Shown here in pieces: positions 26,555-32,000 of a DNA stretch of 32,000 nucleotides. The stretch is from Corynebacterium amycolatum (GTDB taxonomy: Bacteria > Actinomycetota > Actinomycetes > Mycobacteriales > Mycobacteriaceae), in assembly GCF_049243625.1 (NCBI RefSeq), contig NZ_CP046975.1; one strand, given 5' to 3'. Every line of letters begins with the position of its first letter. The first letter of the stretch is position 1. The notes under the pieces were generated by a model. The model ran no database searches. It had not been told where the DNA came from and was given only the letters and a program-made list of their open reading frames with translations. Made by a program: the position numbers and the translations under genes.

Positions 26555-28375
26555 TTAAGGAACCGGCAGGTCATCCCCATGCGGCAGGTCCGCGGCCGCG
26601 CGCTGTGAATCCAGCCAGTCGCGGACGTGGGCTACCGATCGGCAATCATCGCCGTTGTAGCGCAGCAGCATGGCGCGAGCCTCGGCTTGCGTGAGCTTTT
26701 CAAAGGACTGTTCCGCGACAAAGTCGAGGTCAGTGGCCGTCGCAATGCGATACAGATCCAGCGATGCCTCGCCGTCAACATCGGCGTCGCGCCAGTGGAA
26801 GCCCGACCACGGGGCCACGACTTTAAGCCCCATACCGACGGTGGAGAGGATCTGGCGACGGGCGACCTTCAGCATGTCCACCCAGTCCTCCGAGGCAATG
26901 AACTTGTCCACTTCTTCGCGGGTCGGCACCCGCACAATCTTTGTCGGGCCAGCTGCCTCGGAACTGGAACCAGCCGCATCGCCTGTAGCCAGCTCCGCCG
27001 AATCTGCGGGCACCACAAATTCCTGGCCGCCGAACCGGGTGGCGCTCTGACGCAGCCAATAGTTCTCACCCTCTGCCGCCCAGCAATAGGCGCGGAAGGT
27101 CTTGCCTTGTTCATGCGCCGCATTTCGACGCCGCATCAGGTAATCCCAGAAAATCGCAAAGTTCCTGGCCTCCGCCGTGCCACCGAGCCCTTCTGGCCCC
27201 GGTGGCTCCCAGGTGATAAACCCGCGGTAGTCCTCCCCAGGCACCCACGTTCCCCACAGGTAGGCGCCATCGTTGGGGTACGCCTCCATATCGATATCCA
27301 TCTCAACATCGCCACGCGGGGCCGATGTCTTAGCGGCTACCCGGAGCGCATCGACGTCGGCAAGCCGCGCCCTCGCCATCCACACCTGCTCCTTGCTGAC
27401 GTGCGAAGTGTTGGTACTCGCCTGCGCCAGTGCCGTGACCGTGTCGATGCCCACACTGCGCAACCGCATGGACTTATCCCCAGGTAGGAGGAGGGAAATG
27501 TCGTCACTTGCGGTCAGCTCAGCCAAGCAAAGGTCGTGGTGACGGCAGGTTCGGCACTCCCGGATGCGCCGTGGCGCCAGCGGCCAGGTGCCTGGCGTAA
27601 ACCGTGACGGTCGCCCCTGAGTGGCAGCGACGGCATCACGCGCGTCCCGCAACGCCATCCGGTACGAGGCCACGCGCGAACCTTCATCGGCAATGACAAT
27701 ATGCCGTGTATCCAGGTTCATCCCGGTGGCACTAATCGCCCCCACCAGACCACAGGATACGCCCAGGCGGTGCAGTATCGCCGCTGCCTGCCCAAGCTTC
27801 ACAGCATCGGGTCCGTAATGCCGTAGCTTCCACTCGTCCGTGACAACCATCGCCTGACGCAGGGTCCGCCCCATCACGCCAGCACGTCCGAGCCGGTCAA
27901 CGCCCAGCAGTCGCACCTGCATCGCCGCCGCACGCGCCGCATTGCTTGACGACGGCTTACGCCGCCGGCCCGGTTTGCGCGCAGAGAGCAAGTGCCGTGT
28001 GACAACCAGGACCGGCATGTACGTCGGTGAGGTCGTCTGTGGTGAATCATCGACCTTGACCAGCAGATCGGGGTGGCAAATCTCGTCGATTCCCGAGTAC
28101 ACCCCACCGGGAATCGGACGCTCATGCATGAGCACGCCACCGGCGATGACGCTTTCTCCGCGGGCGATGGCCTCAAGGGTATCCAGGTGAGCGTCCGGCC
28201 CCGGGGCCACTGTGTACAGGCCGGGGATGGACGCGATGGACGTCGGCAAGCGGTGCTCATGGCGAGAAGCAGGTTCGACTAGCCGCCCCTCGCGGAGGTC
28301 GAGGCTCAGCCGGTAGCGGCAGCCGATGAGGTCGCTCGCGTGGAGAAGCGGGCGCGAAACGGATGAATCAGTCAC
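26555..28375 (-). CDS. RecB/Cas4-like Fe-S nuclease domain fused to a C-terminal RNase H-like (exonuclease-fold) domain (TM0106-type family)
   Basis: 606 aa, GTG start. N-terminal Cys (ASDLIGCRYRL) plus CRTCRHHDLC (C-x2-C-x5-C), the four-Cys pattern of Cas4/AddB-type nucleases. PDLLVKV segment. C-terminal DIDMEAY ... YLWG ... YNGDDC is typical of the RNase_H_2-like module. Confidence 0.75.
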   Translation of the reverse strand: MTDSSVSRPLLHASDLIGCRYRLSLDLREGRLVEPASRHEHRLPTSIASIPGLYTVAPGPDAHLDTLEAIARGESVIAGGVLMHERPIPGGVYSGIDEICHPDLLVKVDDSPQTTSPTYMPVLVVTRHLLSARKPGRRRKPSSSNAARAAAMQVRLLGVDRLGRAGVMGRTLRQAMVVTDEWKLRHYGPDAVKLGQAAAILHRLGVSCGLVGAISATGMNLDTRHIVIADEGSRVASYRMALRDARDAVAATQGRPSRFTPGTWPLAPRRIRECRTCRHHDLCLAELTASDDISLLLPGDKSMRLRSVGIDTVTALAQASTNTSHVSKEQVWMARARLADVDALRVAAKTSAPRGDVEMDIDMEAYPNDGAYLWGTWVPGEDYRGFITWEPPGPEGLGGTAEARNFAIFWDYLMRRRNAAHEQGKTFRAYCWAAEGENYWLRQSATRFGGQEFVVPADSAELATGDAAGSSSEAAGPTKIVRVPTREEVDKFIASEDWVDMLKVARRQILSTVGMGLKVVAPWSGFHWRDADVDGEASLDLYRIATATDLDFVAEQSFEKLTQAEARAMLLRYNGDDCRSVAHVRDWLDSQRAAADLPHGDDLPVP

Positions 28376-28548
28376 AATGAGAATTAGCGTATCGCCACTC
28401 GGTAGGAAGTTTCACGTTAAGCTTGGATAGCAAGAATCGTGATGCAGCCACTGCATCTGGCAAGCGCACTCCGGCGCGGTGGGGTTTACGGGTTTTCCGC
28501 CCCGCTTTTCCGGAGGGACTATCTGCGAGCAACTAGGCGAAGGAAAAA

Positions 28549-29328
28549 ATGAGCTTCTTGGGTGACATCCGTGAGCGTCGGCGCGAAACCGCCAAGCAGG
28601 TGAAGGCTGCCAAGGCGAAGGCTAAGGAAGAGGCTCGCCACGCAGCTCGACTTAATCGCAAGGCACATAAGGCTGAGGTCAAGGCCGCTAAGCGCGACCA
28701 GAAGCACCAGCACAAGCTGGAGCTGAAGGAGGCCGCTGGCCGCGTTCGTTCTGAGGAAAAGCTCGGTAAGAAGGAACTCAAGCTGGAAAACCGTGCTCTG
28801 AAGCGCGCGGAAAAGATCCGCAAGGCAAGTGCCAAGGACGAGAAGAAGGCGCTGGCCGCCAAGCAGCGTCACCAGACCAAGATGGCCGAGAAGATCCTGC
28901 AACAGCAGCGCAGCCAGGGCTTCAACAAGGACAAGGCAAAGTCGTGGATCGGTGGCGCACGCCTGCTGGTACCGGTGCTGGTTCCGCTGGCCTACCGCGC
29001 CATCACTGCCATTCAGCGCCGTGAACACTCTTCGGCCGCGCAGAAGTTCGGTGTTTCCGCTAATGATGCCGCTCGTTACCAGGGGCACGGTGCGCCGCTG
29101 CTGGCCCGCATTGAGGCCACTCGTGGTTCACTGACAGAGCTGCGTAAGTCGGGCGTCAAGGGTACCGATGGTTTTATCAAGGACGCCAACTCGCGTCTGG
29201 ATGTCATGACTGATGCCATTAACACTGCCGAGAAGATGACCCCGGAGCAGCGTCGTCGCGCACACCACTCCATTACCGCAGAGCTGGATTCTCTGGATCG
29301 CCAGATCATTTCGGAGCTGGGCGCGTAA
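28549..29328 (+). CDS. Lys/Arg/Glu/Ala-rich coiled-coil protein with one hydrophobic segment, function unknown
   Basis: 259 aa with GAAGGA upstream of the ATG. In the first ~130 aa roughly one residue in three is K or R by hand count (AKQVKAAKAKAKEEARHAARLNRKAHKAEVKAAKRDQK...). Then a hydrophobic stretch WIGGARLLVPVLVPLAYRAITAI and a helical C-terminal domain. Confidence 0.65.
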   Translation: MSFLGDIRERRRETAKQVKAAKAKAKEEARHAARLNRKAHKAEVKAAKRDQKHQHKLELKEAAGRVRSEEKLGKKELKLENRALKRAEKIRKASAKDEKKALAAKQRHQTKMAEKILQQQRSQGFNKDKAKSWIGGARLLVPVLVPLAYRAITAIQRREHSSAAQKFGVSANDAARYQGHGAPLLARIEATRGSLTELRKSGVKGTDGFIKDANSRLDVMTDAINTAEKMTPEQRRRAHHSITAELDSLDRQIISELGA

Positions 29329-29374
29329 ACCTGGCCGCTTCGGGTTAAGGCCACTCGCCGAGATCCGTCGAACT

Positions 29375-29420
29375 AAGCGCGACTGTTGTTGAGCAGCAAT
29401 AGTCGCGCTTTCGCTCTTAT
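29375..29420 (+). terminator. Terminator-like hairpin after the K-rich protein gene
   Basis: 14-bp stem AAGCGCGACTGTTG / CAATAGTCGCGCTT (one G-U pair), followed by a weak T-rich tail TTCGCTCTTATT. Confidence 0.5.
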
Positions 29421-29479
29421 TACCCCCGTATCGGGCTATTTTCTCCCTCCGATGGCGCTACGGACTGAGAACTACTGTA

Positions 29480-31246
29480 ATGAGGGCTATGCCATCTTCA
29501 GATAAATCTCAGACTGCAGCCTCGGATCTGAACGGCGCGGTCTCGAATAGCGACGCAACAGCCCAAAAGCCATTCACCCCTTCTCGTCGTGCCGTACTGC
29601 GTGCCGGCGCTACCGGTGCTGCTGCTGGCGCCATCGGCCTGGCGACCGCTACTAGTGCGGGGGCCAATCCTGAGTCACAGTCTCCAGCTAATGCTGGCGG
29701 TTCTGGCGGTTTTCAGGTCTTCCAACACGGTGTGGCCTCTGGCGATCCACTGCCGGACTCCGTTCTTATCTGGACTCGTGTGACCTCGCACCCAGGCGAC
29801 ACCGCAGGTGCAAACCAGGGCCGCCCTGTTGCACTGAAGTGGGAAGTCGCTTCTGATGAGGGCTTCGGCAACATCGTTGCCTCTGGTGCCCTGAACACCG
29901 ACCCGGATGCTGACAACACCGTCAAGATCGATGTCAAGGGTCTCTCCGCTGATTCCTACTACTTCTACCGCTTTACCGTCACCGCTGGTAATCACGCGGG
30001 CCAGGTTTCCCCGATTGGCCAGACTCGCACTGCGCCGCCGGTGAACTCCTCGCCAGATCACCTGGGCATCGCGCTGACCTCCTGCGCTAACTGGGAAAGT
30101 GGCTTCTTCTCCGCTTACCGCGATATGGCGGAAAATGACCGCATCGACATCATTATGTGTGTCGGTGACTACATCTACGAGTACGAGGCCGGTGGCTACT
30201 CCGGCAAGGGCCCGGTTCGTGACCACAAGCCGGCTCACGAGATTATTTCTCTCGCTGACTACCGCCTGCGCTACGCCACCTACCGCACCGATGCGGACCT
30301 GCAGGAAGCTCACCGCGCAAAGCCGTGGATTGTGACCTGGGATGACCACGAGGTCGCCAACGATGATTGGCACAGTGGCGCTGAGAACCACGACCCGGAG
30401 ACCGAAGGCGACTACGTTGCCCGCCGCGACGCCGCTATCCAGGCTTACCTGGAGTGGCTGCCAGTTCGCGCTGTCCCCTTCTCCCAGGGCGGCAAGCTCT
30501 ACCGCAGCTTCCGTTTCGGCGATCTCGCCGACCTGACCATGCTGGACCTGCGCACCTACCGTGACCAGCAGCTGAAGTTCATCCGCGCTGGCGAGACCGA
30601 TGATGAGAGTCGCTCCATGCTCGGCTCTGAGCAGTTCAATTACCTGCTCGGCCAGTGGCGTTCCTCGAGCGCAAAGTGGCGTATCGTGGGCAACTCCGTC
30701 ATGTTCACTCCAGTGCTGGTTCCGCCGCTGGATCCGGAGGCCACTCGCGCTGTCACTGAGCTGCTGAGCTTGCCTCAGGACGGCCTGCCGTACAACTTGG
30801 ATCAGTGGGATGGCTACGCTGCTGAGCGTCGTAAGCTGATTGACATCATGGGTAAGGAGGGCTACGACAACGTTGTCTTCCTCACCGGCGATATTCACTC
30901 CTCCTGGAACTGCAACGTACCGAAGGTCCCGGGCCAGTACCCGAGTGCCGGTATTGCCGCCATTGAGATTGTCTGTACTTCCGTCAGCGCCCCGAACATC
31001 GATGACATTGTGAAGCTGCCTCAGGACAACCCGATTTCCTTGGCTGCTACCGCTGGACTCAAGGCTGCGAACCCGTACGTCAACTACCTCGAGTTCGACC
31101 GCCACGGCTACACCGCTGTCTACTTCGGCCGCGAGGACGTTACCTCTGAGTACCGCCTCGTCGAGCTCAAGGAGGAACCGAACCAGCCACTTTTCGTCGC
31201 CGCTACCTACCGAGGCAAGCCTGGTGAGGGCATGACCCAGGCTTAA
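29480..31246 (+). CDS. phoD: Tat-secreted alkaline phosphatase D family phosphodiesterase/phosphatase
   Basis: 588 aa. Twin-arginine signal SRRAVLRAGATGAAAGAIGLA. PhoD metallophosphatase motifs GDYIYEY, WDDHEVAND and GDIHSSW. An alternative ATG lies at 29489. Confidence 0.92.
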   Translation: MRAMPSSDKSQTAASDLNGAVSNSDATAQKPFTPSRRAVLRAGATGAAAGAIGLATATSAGANPESQSPANAGGSGGFQVFQHGVASGDPLPDSVLIWTRVTSHPGDTAGANQGRPVALKWEVASDEGFGNIVASGALNTDPDADNTVKIDVKGLSADSYYFYRFTVTAGNHAGQVSPIGQTRTAPPVNSSPDHLGIALTSCANWESGFFSAYRDMAENDRIDIIMCVGDYIYEYEAGGYSGKGPVRDHKPAHEIISLADYRLRYATYRTDADLQEAHRAKPWIVTWDDHEVANDDWHSGAENHDPETEGDYVARRDAAIQAYLEWLPVRAVPFSQGGKLYRSFRFGDLADLTMLDLRTYRDQQLKFIRAGETDDESRSMLGSEQFNYLLGQWRSSSAKWRIVGNSVMFTPVLVPPLDPEATRAVTELLSLPQDGLPYNLDQWDGYAAERRKLIDIMGKEGYDNVVFLTGDIHSSWNCNVPKVPGQYPSAGIAAIEIVCTSVSAPNIDDIVKLPQDNPISLAATAGLKAANPYVNYLEFDRHGYTAVYFGREDVTSEYRLVELKEEPNQPLFVAATYRGKPGEGMTQA

Positions 31247-31328
31247 GCGCTTTCTCATCCTTTCGCTTTCCGACGACCACTGAGAGCGCACCCCGCATTG
31301 CGCCCTCAGTAGCGTAGTTGCTGTTCAC

Positions 31329-31364
31329 GACGGCCCTGCACAACATGCAGGGCCGTCTTTTTAT
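31329..31364 (+). terminator. Rho-independent terminator after phoD
   Basis: Perfect 12-bp stem GACGGCCCTGCA / TGCAGGGCCGTC with a 5-nt loop, followed by TTTTTATT. Confidence 0.85.
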
Positions 31365-31452
31365 TACCCCAAGTTCTTGTGCACAATTAATCGAATTATT
31401 AACAAACCATGTATTCGATATAAGTTGCACAATCTAGCTCAATTATCGTCAA

Positions 31453-31481
31453 TAGACATTAAATTTCTTTGCACTTATACT
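31453..31481 (+). promoter_or_regulatory. Candidate sigma-A-type promoter for lsr2
   Basis: TAGACA (31453-31458), 17-bp spacer, TATACT (31476-31481), inside the AT-rich leader. It would give a 5' UTR of about 105 nt. Pattern match only. Confidence 0.3.
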
Positions 31482-31515
31482 GTGAGGGAAAGAAAACAGG
31501 GCTTGATATTAATTT

Positions 31516-31545
31516 GAAATTTCACCGTATTGAAGTTTCACCGTA
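31516..31545 (+). repeat. 14-bp direct repeat in the lsr2 leader
   Basis: GAAATTTCACCGTA (31516-31529) and GAAGTTTCACCGTA (31532-31545) match at 13/14 positions with a 16-bp period, about 50 bp upstream of the lsr2 ATG. Confidence 0.6.
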
Positions 31546-31594
31546 AGCCTTCTTCATTATTACAAGTTCAGCACCAAGCTTAGGCAGGGATTCT

Positions 31595-31948
31595 ATGGCA
31601 CGCCGCGAACTAATTCAGTACATCGACGACCTTGATGGGACTCCGCTTGATTCCGCAGATCACCAAGTCGTTCGTTTCTCTTTCCGCGGTAAGAACTACA
31701 TTCTCGACCTCTCTCAGGAAAATGCTGAGAAGTTCGAGCAGGTATTAGAACCGTATATTGCGAACGCTTCTATTGATCACAGCACGGTTGTAGCTCCGCG
31801 TAAGCGCTCTTCCGCTAATCCCAATGCCGCTGAGGCCCGTGATCGCAATCGCAAGATTCGCCAGTGGGCACGAGAGAATGGCATGGATGTTGCAGACCGC
31901 GGTGCGCTGCCAAAGCACATTATTGAAAAGTACGAGAGCGCTAACTAG
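31595..31948 (+). CDS. lsr2: Lsr2-family nucleoid-associated protein / xenogeneic silencer
   Basis: 117 aa. The N-terminal dimerisation domain pattern (IQYIDDLDGTPLD ... VRFSFRGKNYILDLSQENAEKF) and C-terminal DNA-binding domain (IRQWARENGMDVADRGALPKHIIEKYESA) align residue for residue with M. tuberculosis Lsr2 as I recall it ([29 protein letters not shown]). Confidence 0.9.
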   Translation: MARRELIQYIDDLDGTPLDSADHQVVRFSFRGKNYILDLSQENAEKFEQVLEPYIANASIDHSTVVAPRKRSSANPNAAEARDRNRKIRQWARENGMDVADRGALPKHIIEKYESAN

Positions 31949-32000
31949 TTCTCACCCAGGTTCGTTTGCCTTCCACTGGATGTCATCCAGCTTCACTATC

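Noticed and set aside
26627-27487. 286-aa plus-strand ORF
   Set aside because: Antisense to the RecB-like nuclease gene, and the Arg-rich translation is typical of a shadow frame.
28519-29088. 189-aa minus-strand ORF, with a second one at 28533..28862
   Set aside because: Antisense to the Lys-rich gene. The AAG/GCC-rich coding strand trivially produces Leu/Phe/Ser/Ala-rich open frames on the opposite strand. The plus-strand gene has the ribosome-binding site and a downstream terminator.
29675-31291. 538-aa minus-strand ORF
   Set aside because: It lies entirely antisense to phoD, whose product has clear Tat-signal and metallophosphatase motifs. The antisense translation is low-complexity and V/G/A/R-rich with no motifs, a typical high-GC shadow ORF.
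1-32000. Searched for CRISPR arrays, tRNA/rRNA genes, integrases, toxin-antitoxin pairs and known defence-system signatures (helicase/nuclease/methylase clusters)
   Set aside because: No spaced direct-repeat array, no tRNA-like T-arm/acceptor pattern and no integrase or methyltransferase motifs were seen. The only nuclease is the solitary RecB-like gene, reported as a finding without claiming it is a defence system.

Overview
High-GC actinobacterial chromosome segment. Gene content and order (glpK ... serS ... pheA ... ldh plus a pyruvate-kinase-like gene ... sodA) match what I recall of the Corynebacterium backbone (C. glutamicum cg3198-cg3237 region; from memory, not searched). I call 28 protein-coding genes, one frameshifted and truncated IS110-family transposase relic, about nine hairpin terminators and a few short repeats or candidate operators. 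I saw no rRNA, tRNA, CRISPR array or intact mobile element. Many long ORFs in the six-frame track are antisense shadows typical of high-GC DNA and are rejected. The track also uses GTG/TTG starts, so several N-termini are probably over-extended (serS, amidase, LCP, DUF1707 and septum-formation genes). Most of the window is housekeeping or core metabolism: glycerol uptake and kinase, SerRS, prephenate dehydratase, LDH, Mn-SOD, PhoD and an LCP cell-wall ligase. I do not see a convincing novel multi-gene system. The items most worth a second look are listed here. (1) A stand-alone Cas4/RecB-like Fe-S nuclease fused to an RNase H-like module (26555-28375), transcribed divergently from a Lys/Arg-rich coiled-coil protein. 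(2) A possible ~3.5 kb accessory islet (4.0-7.6 kb) holding a PadR plus membrane-sensor pair, a two-gene ABC system, an IS110 relic and a 31-bp perfect palindromic hairpin. (3) An Lsr2-family gene whose AT-hook-like RGR motif reads RGA, behind a markedly AT-rich leader with a 14-bp direct repeat. (4) An ldh / PK-like / unknown membrane protein / unknown conserved protein string on the minus strand. All functional calls rest on motif recognition by eye and no database search was run.
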